Shown in pieces: positions 7,259 through 15,780 of a stretch of 29,228 nt of DNA. Source of the DNA: Thermoleophilaceae bacterium. GTDB lineage: Bacteria; Actinomycetota; Thermoleophilia; Solirubrobacterales; Thermoleophilaceae. The position numbers and the translations under genes were made by a program. The notes under the pieces were generated by a model. That model had not been told where the DNA came from and ran no database searches. It was given only the letters and a program-made list of their open reading frames with translations. Location: positions 1-29,228 of the forward strand of contig JACCUE010000051.1 of the NCBI GenBank assembly GCA_013812005.1, read 5' to 3'. Position 1 is the stretch's first letter; each line of letters opens with the position of its first letter.

Positions 7259-8581
7259 TTACTCCACCGCGTACAGCCGCCATTCGCCGGGCACGCCCCT
7301 GAGCTCATGGGTGCCGCGCTCCTCGAAGTCGATGCCCGAGCCCACCACGAGGTCCTTCACCGTGCTCGACACGAGCACCTCGCCCGGGCCGGCGCAGCCC
7401 ATCACCCGGGCGCCGATGTGCACCGCCATGCCGCCCACGTCGTCGCCGATCACCTCGCACTCCCCGGTGTGCAGGCCGGCCCGGATGTCGATCCCCAGCC
7501 GCCGCACCTGCTCGCCGATCGTGGTGGCGGCGCGGATGGCCCGAGCGGGCCCGTCGAAGGTGGCCAGCACGCCGTCGCCGGTGGACTTGATCGCGCGCCC
7601 TCGGTGACGGGCCACCTCGCGCTCGACGACGCGGTCGTGGCGCTTCAGGACCTCGCGCCAGGCGCTGTCGCCCAGCGATGCGGCGCGCTCGGTGGAGCCG
7701 CAGATGTCGGTGAACAGAACGGTGGCAAGCACACGGTCGGGCTCGGGCTCGTGGCGCGCTCCGGTCAGGAACTCCTCGACCTCGCCGAGCACGGACTCCG
7801 AGTCGCCGGCCGAGAAGAGGCTGTCGGTGCCCTCCAGCTCCACGTACCGCGCGCCGGGAATGTGCTCGGCCAGATAGCGCGAGTGCTCGACCCTCATGAA
7901 CGAGTCCTCGCGGCGGTGCAGGATCAGGGTGGGTACCCGGATCGAGGACAGCACGTGGCGCACGTCGGTCTCCCCGACCGACTCCATCATCGTGCGGATG
8001 GTGCCGGGGCTGGCCGAGTAGCGCTCCATCCGCCCCGCCCACTCGGCGAAGGCGGGATCACCGGCTTTGCCGGGCGCAAGGGCGAGCGCCACCCCACCCT
8101 GGCCCCACTGTGCGACGAGGGCCTCGATGCGCGCATCGCGGTCCTCGTCGACCGGTGCCCAGTCGTAGTCGGGCGCCCAGCGCGAGCGCGAGAAGGTGGA
8201 GTACAGGATCAGGGAGCTCACCCGGTCGGGATGGGTGGCGGCGAACAGCATCGCAAGCGGACCTCCCTCCAGCGACGCCATCACCGCGGCCCGCTCGGTG
8301 TGAGTGGCGTCCATCACCGCCAGCACGTCGTCCATCTGCTCCTCCAGGGTGGGCACGCCCAGCCATGGGTCCGACAGCCCGGCTCCGCGCCTGTCGAAGG
8401 AGATCAACCTCGCGTAGGCGCAGACGCGCTGAAGGAAGGCCTCCACGGACGGCTCCTCGACCATCACCTCGATCTGTCCGATCCACGAGGGGATGTACAC
8501 GAGGCTGGTGTCGCCCTCACCCACCGCCTGGTAGGCGATGTGGAGGTCACCGCTCTTCGTGTACCGGGTCGGCGCGCCCAC
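7259..8581 (-). CDS. Alpha/beta-hydrolase fold + class III adenylate/guanylate cyclase fusion (LipJ/Rv1900c-like architecture)
   Basis: N-terminal HIAYQ...FDRRGAGLSD hydrolase fold; C-terminal LFTDICGST, IKSTGDG, GLHTGECE, GMAVHIGARV. Start GTG at 8581 lies 7 nt after minus-strand TAGCCT. Confidence 0.9.
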   Translation of the reverse strand: MGAPTRYTKSGDLHIAYQAVGEGDTSLVYIPSWIGQIEVMVEEPSVEAFLQRVCAYARLISFDRRGAGLSDPWLGVPTLEEQMDDVLAVMDATHTERAAVMASLEGGPLAMLFAATHPDRVSSLILYSTFSRSRWAPDYDWAPVDEDRDARIEALVAQWGQGGVALALAPGKAGDPAFAEWAGRMERYSASPGTIRTMMESVGETDVRHVLSSIRVPTLILHRREDSFMRVEHSRYLAEHIPGARYVELEGTDSLFSAGDSESVLGEVEEFLTGARHEPEPDRVLATVLFTDICGSTERAASLGDSAWREVLKRHDRVVEREVARHRGRAIKSTGDGVLATFDGPARAIRAATTIGEQVRRLGIDIRAGLHTGECEVIGDDVGGMAVHIGARVMGCAGPGEVLVSSTVKDLVVGSGIDFEERGTHELRGVPGEWRLYAVE

Positions 8582-8588
8582 GAAAAAG

Positions 8589-8614
8589 AGGCTACTCGGC
8601 ACCCCCGGTAGCCT
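8589..8614. promoter_or_regulatory. Back-to-back leaderless promoters: TAGCCT on each strand, 7 nt before each start codon
   Basis: Plus TAGCCT at 8609-8614, ATG 8622. Minus TAGCCT (plus AGGCTA 8589-8594), GTG 8581. The intergenic gap is 40 bp. Confidence 0.7.
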
Positions 8615-8621
8615 CCGGTCG

Positions 8622-10265
8622 ATGCCCAAGCGCCGCGCGTCCGACGTGTTCGTGGAGTGCCTCGAGGCCGAGGGCGTCAGTCACGTGTTCGGGATCCCGG
8701 GAGAGGAGACCCTAGACCTCAACGAGTCCCTCGCCGAGTCCTCGATCGACTTCGTGCCCGTGCGCCAGGAGCAGGGCGGCGCTTACATGGCCGACACCTA
8801 CGGGCGGCTCACCGGCCACGCGGGGGTCTGCCTCGGCACCCTGGGTCCCGGAGCGCTCAACCTCGTGACCGCCGTAGCCGACGCCTACCTCGACCGGTCG
8901 CCGCTGGTGGCCCTCACGGGCCAGGGCGACCTCGAGCGGATGCACAAGGAGTCGCATCAGTACATCGACGTCGTGCGCGTGATGCGCCCGATCACCAAGT
9001 GGAACGCCCGCGTCAACGACCCGCACATCATCCCCGAGGTGGTGCGCAAGGCCTTCAAGGTGGCGGAGGCCGAGAAGCCGGGCGCCACCCACATCGAGCT
9101 GCCCGAGGACGTGATGGCCCAGGAGCTCGACGCGTCACCGCTGCCGCGACGCAAGACCGCGCCCTCCGAGCCTCAGGCGCGTGAGCTGCTCAAAGCCGCC
9201 GACGTGATCCGGGGCGCGCTGAACCCGGTCGCCCTGGCCGGCAACGGCGTGATCCGAGGCGGCGCCACCCCGGCGCTGCGCGAGTTCGTGCGCGCCACCG
9301 GCATCCCCGTGGCGGAGACCTTCATGGGCAAGGGCCTGCTCGGACCTGACAACCCGAAGGCGCTGGGCAACGTCGGCCTGCAGGCGGGCGACTACTCGAT
9401 GGCGGGCTTCGAGGACGCCGACGTGGTGCTGGCCATCGGCTACGACCTGGTCGAGCAGTCGCCACAGATGTGGAACCCCGGCCGCGACAAGACGATCGTC
9501 TGCATCGACTCGCTGCCCGCCGAGACCGACGAGCACTTCATCCCCGAGGTCGAGCTGGTCGGCGACATCTACCACACGCTCACCCGCCTGGCGGAGGAGT
9601 GCCGGCACGTGCCCCACGGGGGCGGATCGCAGCGCCTGCGCGACGTCGTGCTGGGGCGATTCGAGGCCGCCAAGGACGACGACCACTTCCCCGTCCAGCC
9701 CCCTCGCGCACTTTGGGAGATTCGCAAGGCGCTCGGGCGCGAGGACATCCTCGTGTCAGACGTGGGGCTGCACAAGCTGTGGATCGGGCGGATGTTTCCC
9801 GCGTATGAGCCCAACACCGTGCTGATCGCCAACGGCCTGGCGGGGATGGGGTTCGCGCTGCCCGCGGGCATCGCCGCCAAGCTGGTGCACCCCGACCGCA
9901 ACGTGGTCACGGTGAGCGGCGACGGCGGCTTCTTGATGAATGCACAGGAGCTCGAGACCGCGATGCGGCTGCGGACCCCGGTCGTGAACGTGATCTGGGA
10001 GAACGGCCAGTACGGGTCGATCGTATGGAAGCAAGACAAGAAGTTCGGCCGCCATTTCGGAACCGACTTCACCAACCCGGACTTCGTCAAGCTCGCCGAG
10101 AGCTTCGGCATGCCGGCCTGGCGCTGCGACTCGGCCGGCGACTTCGGCGCGCGGCTGCGCCACGCCTTCGGACTCGACGTGCCGTCGGTGATCGTGCTGC
10201 CGATCGACTACTCGATCGACGTCGCGATCTCCGAGGAGCTGGGCGCCGAGACGGTCGCCACCTAA
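8622..10265 (+). CDS. ThDP-dependent acetolactate-synthase-like enzyme, probably of the 2-oxoglutarate decarboxylase (OgdA-like) clade
   Basis: FGIPGEE, RQEQ, TLGPG, RMHKESHQY, EKPGATHIELPE, GYDLVE, SDVGLHKLW, ThDP motif GDGGF...ENGQYG, WKQ, NPDFV. Start ATG 8622. Confidence 0.85.
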   Translation: MPKRRASDVFVECLEAEGVSHVFGIPGEETLDLNESLAESSIDFVPVRQEQGGAYMADTYGRLTGHAGVCLGTLGPGALNLVTAVADAYLDRSPLVALTGQGDLERMHKESHQYIDVVRVMRPITKWNARVNDPHIIPEVVRKAFKVAEAEKPGATHIELPEDVMAQELDASPLPRRKTAPSEPQARELLKAADVIRGALNPVALAGNGVIRGGATPALREFVRATGIPVAETFMGKGLLGPDNPKALGNVGLQAGDYSMAGFEDADVVLAIGYDLVEQSPQMWNPGRDKTIVCIDSLPAETDEHFIPEVELVGDIYHTLTRLAEECRHVPHGGGSQRLRDVVLGRFEAAKDDDHFPVQPPRALWEIRKALGREDILVSDVGLHKLWIGRMFPAYEPNTVLIANGLAGMGFALPAGIAAKLVHPDRNVVTVSGDGGFLMNAQELETAMRLRTPVVNVIWENGQYGSIVWKQDKKFGRHFGTDFTNPDFVKLAESFGMPAWRCDSAGDFGARLRHAFGLDVPSVIVLPIDYSIDVAISEELGAETVAT

Positions 10266-10277
10266 CGAGAGGAAGTC

Positions 10278-11747
10278 ATGGCGTTGGCAACCGAGGAGCA
10301 GCAGATCGTCGACGAGGTCCCCAAGGGCCTCCTGATCGGGGGAGAGTGGCGAGACGCGGCCGAGGGCGCGACGCTCGCCGTGCTCGACCCGGCCACCGGC
10401 GAGGCCATCTGCGAGGTGGCGGACGGCACCCCCGGCGACGCCATGGCAGCGCTGGGCGCAGCGCACTCCAAGCAGGCCGAATGGGCCGCCACGCCCCCCA
10501 ACGAGCGCGGCGAGATCCTCTGGCGCGCCTTCGAAAAGCTCACCGAGCGTGCAGACGACCTGGCCCTGCTGATGACGCTCGAGATGGGCAAGCCGGTGGC
10601 CGAGTCGAAGGCCGAGATCTCCTACGCGGCGGAGTTCTTTCGCTGGTTCTCCGGCGAAGCCCTCCGCATCGACGGCCAGTACAAGGTCGCGGGCAACGGC
10701 GCGAGCCGGGTCATGACCCTGCGCCAGCCGGTCGGGCCGAGCCTGATGATCACGCCGTGGAACTTCCCGACGGCGATGGGCACCCGCAAGATCGGGCCGG
10801 CGGTCGCGGCCGGATGCACCATGGTGATCAAGCCCGCGCAGCAGACGCCGCTCTCGATGCTGATGCTGGCCAAGCTGCTGGAGGAATGTGGGCTTCCCGG
10901 CGGGGTGCTCAACGTGATCACCGCTTCCTCGTCGGGCTCCACCATGGGGCCGCTGATCGAGGACCCGCGGGCCCGCAAGCTGTCCTTCACCGGCTCCACG
11001 GAGGTGGGACGGAAGCTGATCGCCCAGTCCGCCGAGCAGGTGCTCAAGGTGTCGATGGAGCTGGGCGGCAACGCGCCCTTCGTGGTGTTCGACGACGCGG
11101 ACCTCGACGAAGCGGTCGAGGGCGCCCTGATGGCGAAGATGCGCAACATCGGCGAGGCGTGCACGTCGGCCAACCGCTTCCACGTCGCCGCCTCGGTGGC
11201 CGACAAGTTCGCGCAGAAGCTGGCCGCGCGAATGGGGGCGATGAAGATCGGGCGCGGCACCGAGGACGGCGTGGAGGTGGGGCCGCTGATCAACGCAGAC
11301 CAGCGCTCGATGGTCGCCGAGTTGGTGGATGACGCCGTCGAGAGAGGGGCGAAGGCGCTCTGCGGCGGCAAGAGCATCGACGGCCCCGGCTTCTTCTACG
11401 AGCCCACGGTGCTTGGCGGTGTGACCCCCGACGCCCGGGTCCTCAAGGAGGAGATCTTCGGCCCCGTGGCCCCCGTGATCGGCTTCGACTCCGAGGAGGA
11501 CGCGATCGCCGCCGCCAACGACACCGAGTACGGCCTGGTCGCGTACCTCTACACCCGCGACCTCAAGCGTGCCCTGCGGGTGATCGAGGGCCTTCAGACC
11601 GGCATGGTCGGCCTCAACCAGGGGATGGTCTCCAATGCGGGAGCCCCGTTCGGCGGCGTCAAGCAGTCGGGCGTGGGTCGCGAGGGTGGCGACGAGGGCA
11701 TCGACGAGTACCTCGAGACGAAGTACGTGGCGATCAACCTCGGATAG
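10278..11747 (+). CDS. gabD: NAD(P)-dependent succinate-semialdehyde dehydrogenase
   Basis: ITPWNFP, KPAQQTP, FTGSTEVG, catalytic MELGGNAP and GEACTSAN, EEIFGP, PFGGVKQSG.GREG. SD-like GAGAGGA upstream; 12 bp after the ThDP gene. Confidence 0.88.
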   Translation: MALATEEQQIVDEVPKGLLIGGEWRDAAEGATLAVLDPATGEAICEVADGTPGDAMAALGAAHSKQAEWAATPPNERGEILWRAFEKLTERADDLALLMTLEMGKPVAESKAEISYAAEFFRWFSGEALRIDGQYKVAGNGASRVMTLRQPVGPSLMITPWNFPTAMGTRKIGPAVAAGCTMVIKPAQQTPLSMLMLAKLLEECGLPGGVLNVITASSSGSTMGPLIEDPRARKLSFTGSTEVGRKLIAQSAEQVLKVSMELGGNAPFVVFDDADLDEAVEGALMAKMRNIGEACTSANRFHVAASVADKFAQKLAARMGAMKIGRGTEDGVEVGPLINADQRSMVAELVDDAVERGAKALCGGKSIDGPGFFYEPTVLGGVTPDARVLKEEIFGPVAPVIGFDSEEDAIAAANDTEYGLVAYLYTRDLKRALRVIEGLQTGMVGLNQGMVSNAGAPFGGVKQSGVGREGGDEGIDEYLETKYVAINLG

Positions 11748-11758
11748 CGCAGGCGCGA

Positions 11759-12013
11759 CTAGCCCACTCGCAGCCGCCGTGCGAGCCCGGACCGCCGCCG
11801 GCGGTCGCGGTGGCGCACGGTGTCGCCGATCAGCCAGAACATGGGTGGCCACAGGCCCACGAAGAGGGCGCGGCGCTCGGCGTTCGCCCGCTCGTCCTCC
11901 CCGATCGTCTTCGCCCGGATCCATAGCCCGATGCAGAGCGCGATCGTGCTCAGCGACGTCGCGTACAGGTAGCGGTGAGGTGGGCCGGGGACGGCGTGCA
12001 GCAGGTCGGGCAC
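11759..12013 (-). CDS. Small two-TM membrane protein (84 aa)
   Basis: Hydrophobic segments YLYATSLSTIALCIGLWI and ALFVGLWPPMFWLIG. GTG at 12013 lies 6 nt after CAAGCT; the ORF-track start at 12139 overlaps the divergent gene. Confidence 0.7.
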   Translation of the reverse strand: MPDLLHAVPGPPHRYLYATSLSTIALCIGLWIRAKTIGEDERANAERRALFVGLWPPMFWLIGDTVRHRDRRRRSGLARRLRVG

Positions 12014-12065
12014 AGCCTCAGCTTGACGGATTCGTTTCGCCGCGGTCTGGCGGTGGTAAGACTGC

Positions 12066-13448
12066 GTGGTGCCGCGCAGACAGACCACCGGGTTACGGTT
12101 GCGCACCGCCGCGCGCTTTCCGCTCGGCCTCGGGCTCACGGCCTGGCGCTACATGTGGCGCACGACGCCCGTGCATCGCTGGGAGCTCGCCGGCTCCCCG
12201 GACACCGACCGGCCGCCGGATCTACCTGACGACTTCGAGCTCGACGAGCTCCAGCGCACGGACGACGGCGTCGGCCCCCTGATCCACCGGATCTACCGGA
12301 CGCGGATCGCAGGTTCCTCGCTCACGCCCGAGCAGCTCGTCGAGCGCATCGCCGCCGACCTCGACGGCGTGGCGCCCTCGGAGTTCGCAACCTTCCAGAA
12401 GCTGGGCGGCGGCGAAGGGCTGGCGCCGAATGACGAATACGTGGTCCGCATGCCGGGGCCCTATGACGGCCCGGTACGGGTGGTTTCGGTGAGCCCGACG
12501 TCTTTTCGGCTCGCCACCCTCGAGGGCCACCTCGAGGCGGGGCAGATCGAGTTCCGCGCCGACGCCGATCACCGCTCGCTCGGTTTCACGATCGAGTCGT
12601 GGGCGCGCAGCGGCGACCGGTTCAGCGACCTCCTGTATTCGCGCCTGCGCCTGGCGAAGGAGGTCCAATTGCACATGTGGACGTCGGTGCTCGCGCGCGT
12701 GGTGGAGCTCGCCGGAGGGCGCATGGACGGCGGCATCGTGATCACGACGCGGCGAGTCGACGTCGACCGGCTCGGCGACGCGCCGCCACCCCGGCGCACG
12801 CGAAGCGACGACCGCAGGCTCGCCGCGCTGGCGCGACTGCCGGTCAACTTCGACGCCGACCGGGCGGGCACCTACACGCCGGAGAACGGCTGGCACGTCG
12901 ACGACATGGTCGAGGCCCTGCCGAACGAGGCCTCAGGCCCACCGGTAGACGGCGGAAGCTGGCAGGTCGCCCGCCGGCTGATGCTCGACTACCAGCTCGC
13001 CGACCCGGCGGTCGTCCGCGCCGTGTACCGCGGGGACGTGCCGCTGCCCGGTCGCGACATGCTGTTGAAGATCAGCTTCCTGGGGCTGCGGATCCACGTG
13101 GGCGTCCGGGTCGGCGAAGTGTACGAGGACACCTGCGAAGTCGACGGGCGCCCCGTGCAGATCTTCGGATGGAGCTATCAGACGCTCGAGGGGCACTTCG
13201 AACAGGGCCAGATGAGCTATGAGGTGTGGAAGTGGACCGACACGGGCGATGTCGCCTTCCGGACGCACGCATATTCCAGACGCGCGGAGCACGGTCCGCG
13301 TCTGCTGCTTCTGGGGTTTCGCGTCTTCGGCCGCATCGAGCAGCTGCGCTTCTACCGCGCGGCCTGCCGGCGCGCCCGCCGGTTGACCGAGACCGAGCTC
13401 GAGAGCGCGCGGGTGATGACGCTCACGGAACCGGCGGGGGGTGATTAG
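12066..13448 (+). CDS. Protein with two tandem DUF1990-like domains
   Basis: Repeated motif ATLEGHLEAGQIEF (first half) and QTLEGHFEQGQMSY (second half), typical of DUF1990/UPF0548 proteins as recalled. Confidence 0.7.
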   Translation: MVPRRQTTGLRLRTAARFPLGLGLTAWRYMWRTTPVHRWELAGSPDTDRPPDLPDDFELDELQRTDDGVGPLIHRIYRTRIAGSSLTPEQLVERIAADLDGVAPSEFATFQKLGGGEGLAPNDEYVVRMPGPYDGPVRVVSVSPTSFRLATLEGHLEAGQIEFRADADHRSLGFTIESWARSGDRFSDLLYSRLRLAKEVQLHMWTSVLARVVELAGGRMDGGIVITTRRVDVDRLGDAPPPRRTRSDDRRLAALARLPVNFDADRAGTYTPENGWHVDDMVEALPNEASGPPVDGGSWQVARRLMLDYQLADPAVVRAVYRGDVPLPGRDMLLKISFLGLRIHVGVRVGEVYEDTCEVDGRPVQIFGWSYQTLEGHFEQGQMSYEVWKWTDTGDVAFRTHAYSRRAEHGPRLLLLGFRVFGRIEQLRFYRAACRRARRLTETELESARVMTLTEPAGGD

Positions 13449-13452
13449 GCAG

Positions 13453-14775
13453 TCAGGCCTGAGAGCCCCGCGCCATCTTGTGTAGGTCCAGCGCCTCGTC
13501 GAGGGTCGCCTCGGCCACGCCCTTCTCGATGGCCACCTCCCTGATGGTGCGCCGTGAGGCCACCGCCTCCTTCACGATCTCCGTGGCGCGGTCGTATCCG
13601 ATGTGGGGGTTGAGCGCGGTGGCGATCGCGGGGGTCGACTCGGCGTGGCGGCGCAGCTCGGCCTCGTTGGCCTGCAGTCCGTCCACGCACTTCTCCGCGA
13701 GCAGGGTGGAAGCGCTCGAGAGGATCGTGATCGAGTCGAGCAGGTTGCGGGCGATCACAGGAACCCGCACGTTGAGCTCGAAGTTGCCCTGCGTACCGGC
13801 GATGGTGATCGCGGCGTCGTTGCCGATCACCTGGGCGGCCACCTGAAGCACCACCTCGGGGATCACCGGGTTCACCTTGCCGGGCATGATCGAGGAGCCC
13901 TTCTGAAGCTCGGGCAGCGACACCTCGCCAAGCCCCGTGCGCGGGCCCGAGCCCATCAGCACCAGGTCGTTGGCGATCTTGGTGAGTGACACCGCCACAA
14001 CCTTCAGCGCCCCCGACAGCTCCACGAGCGCGTCGCGGTTGCCCTGGGCCTCGAACGGGTCGGCCGGCCCTTCGACCGCGATGGCGGCGCTCTCGGCCAG
14101 GCGCGAGCGCACCCCGGCGGCGAAGTCGGGATGAGTGTTGAGACCGGTGCCGGTGGCCGTGCCTCCCAGTGGGATCTGAGACGCGCGCGCAAGTGCGTCG
14201 CTCACCCGCGCATGCGCGAGGCGCGACTGCGCGGCGTAGCCGGCGAACTCCTGCCCGAGCGTGACGGGCACAGCGTCCATCATGTGGGTGCGGCCCGCCT
14301 TGACCACGTCGACGAACTCGCCGGCCTTGGCCTCGAACGAAGCTGCGAGCCTCTCGAGTGCCGGGAGCAGCCGCTCGGTGGCCTCCGACACGGCGGCCAG
14401 GTGCACCGCCGACGGGAACACGTCGTTGGAGGACTGGCCCATGTTCACGTGGTCGTTGGGATGGGCGCCTTCTCCGGCCAGGTTGGCGATCACCTCGTTG
14501 GCGTTCATGTTCGACGAGGTGCCGGATCCGGTCTGGAAGACATCGATGGGGAACTGGCCGTCGTGTAAGCCCTCGGCCACCTCGTCGCCCGCGATCGCGA
14601 TCCGTTCGGCCAGCTCGGCGTCGAGCAGTCCGAGCGCGGCGTTGGTCCGCGCCGCGGCGGCCTTCACGGCGCCGAGCATCCGCACCACGGCGACAGGCAC
14701 GCGCTCGCCCGAGACGGGGAAGTTGTCCACCGCCTTGCCGGTCTCCGATCCCCACAGCTGCTGCTCGGCCGCCAT
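13453..14775 (-). CDS. fumC: Class II fumarate hydratase (fumarase/aspartase superfamily)
   Basis: FQTGSGTSSNMNANEV, HPNDHVNMGQSSND, GRTHMMDAVP, signature GSSIMPGKVNP. SD AAGGAG upstream of ATG 14775. Confidence 0.9.
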   Translation of the reverse strand: MAAEQQLWGSETGKAVDNFPVSGERVPVAVVRMLGAVKAAAARTNAALGLLDAELAERIAIAGDEVAEGLHDGQFPIDVFQTGSGTSSNMNANEVIANLAGEGAHPNDHVNMGQSSNDVFPSAVHLAAVSEATERLLPALERLAASFEAKAGEFVDVVKAGRTHMMDAVPVTLGQEFAGYAAQSRLAHARVSDALARASQIPLGGTATGTGLNTHPDFAAGVRSRLAESAAIAVEGPADPFEAQGNRDALVELSGALKVVAVSLTKIANDLVLMGSGPRTGLGEVSLPELQKGSSIMPGKVNPVIPEVVLQVAAQVIGNDAAITIAGTQGNFELNVRVPVIARNLLDSITILSSASTLLAEKCVDGLQANEAELRRHAESTPAIATALNPHIGYDRATEIVKEAVASRRTIREVAIEKGVAEATLDEALDLHKMARGSQA

Positions 14776-14814
14776 CTGTCTCCTTTGCGCGTCTGGGCCA
14801 GGCAAGCTACCGGC

Positions 14815-15282
14815 TCAGCCGCCGCGCAGCCCGGCCCGCTCTCCGCGCCTGAAGGCCTGCGAGCGGCGGCGCACGATCAGCGTCTCCTGCTCGAGCCGGC
14901 GCACCAGCTCCGCGTTCACACCCTGGTACTCCCTCACCCCCCGCTGCGTCGCGCCCATGAGGTAGCCGAGCTGGGTGGCCTCGTCGCCGCCCGGGTCCTG
15001 TGCCGCCGTCTCGGCCAGCTCCGCCGCCGCGTTCACGAAGGCCGTTCCGACGTCGGCCAGCTCAGCCGCGTCGCTCTCGTCGGCCAGGCATGCGGACAGG
15101 GGCGTGCCGTCGAGGCGGACGTCGCCCGGTGCGGCGCGCAGCGCGTCCCGCACCGCCCGTTCGCCCTGCCGGCAGGCGGGCGGAACGCCGCTTCGCTCCT
15201 CCTTCGCGCACCCCGGCAGGGCCAGCGCCGCAAGGCAGCCGAATAGGAGCAGGCCCGCAACGTGCAGGAATGTGTCCGTCAT
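14815..15282 (-). CDS. Putative lipoprotein
   Basis: Hydrophobic N-terminus ending in lipobox-like LPGC. ATG lies 7 nt after minus-strand GATACT. Confidence 0.7.
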   Translation of the reverse strand: MTDTFLHVAGLLLFGCLAALALPGCAKEERSGVPPACRQGERAVRDALRAAPGDVRLDGTPLSACLADESDAAELADVGTAFVNAAAELAETAAQDPGGDEATQLGYLMGATQRGVREYQGVNAELVRRLEQETLIVRRRSQAFRRGERAGLRGG

Positions 15283-15288
15283 CGCACC

Positions 15289-15295
15289 TAGTATC
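15289..15295. promoter_or_regulatory. Overlapping bidirectional -10 element (top TAGTAT, bottom GATACT) in a 22-bp gap
   Basis: Gap 15283-15304 between divergent lipoprotein and MarR start codons. Confidence 0.55.
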
Positions 15296-15304
15296 GCGCC
15301 GGCA

Positions 15305-15739
15305 ATGACGTTGCTCGAACTCGGCGATCCGCTCGCTCACCGCGCGCTTCAGGCGCTCCTGCGAGCGGAGACCTCGGTGCGGCGGGCCCTCGCTGCCGAT
15401 CTTGCGCGGGAGGGAGTGTCCCCGGCGGGCTTCTCAGCCCTCGTGGTGCTCACCACCGCGGGCGGCTCGGCCGAGCTGCGCGCGCTGCGCAGGCGGCTCG
15501 GGTGGTCGAAGGCCAACGCCACCGAGGTCACGCTCACCCTGGAGTCCCGAGGCTTGGTGGTGCGCCGCCGCCTGGCAACCGACCGCCGGGCAACGGCCGT
15601 CGATCTCACGCCTGCCGGCCATGAGCTGGTCGAGCGGCTGTTCCCGGGTCATGCGGACCGGGTGAGCACCGCCTTCTCGGCCCTCGATGAGGACGAGAAG
15701 CGATCCTTCGCGGACCTCTGCCGCAAGCTCGCCGCCTGA
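15305..15739 (+). CDS. MarR-family transcriptional regulator
   Basis: Winged-helix pattern LGWSKANATEVTLTLESRGLVVR...DRRATAVDLTPAG. Start ATG 15305, not the ORF-track 14975. Confidence 0.88.
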   Translation: MTLLELGDPLAHRALQALLRAETSVRRALAADLAREGVSPAGFSALVVLTTAGGSAELRALRRRLGWSKANATEVTLTLESRGLVVRRRLATDRRATAVDLTPAGHELVERLFPGHADRVSTAFSALDEDEKRSFADLCRKLAA

Positions 15740-15780
15740 GCCGGGATTCTGCAGGGACGTGCCGAATCCCTCGCGCGCGG

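Noticed and set aside
7232-8611. Long antisense ORFs (also 9756-11924, 13445-14755, 16293-18197, 20960-22681, 24827-26791)
   Set aside because: Shadow frames opposite well-supported genes; in very GC-rich DNA stop codons are rare, and the translations carry no family motifs.
8622-10265. Calling this gene ilvB (biosynthetic acetohydroxyacid synthase)
   Set aside because: It lacks the IlvB GTDAFQE-type motif, has no ilvN/ilvC neighbours, and is paired with gabD.
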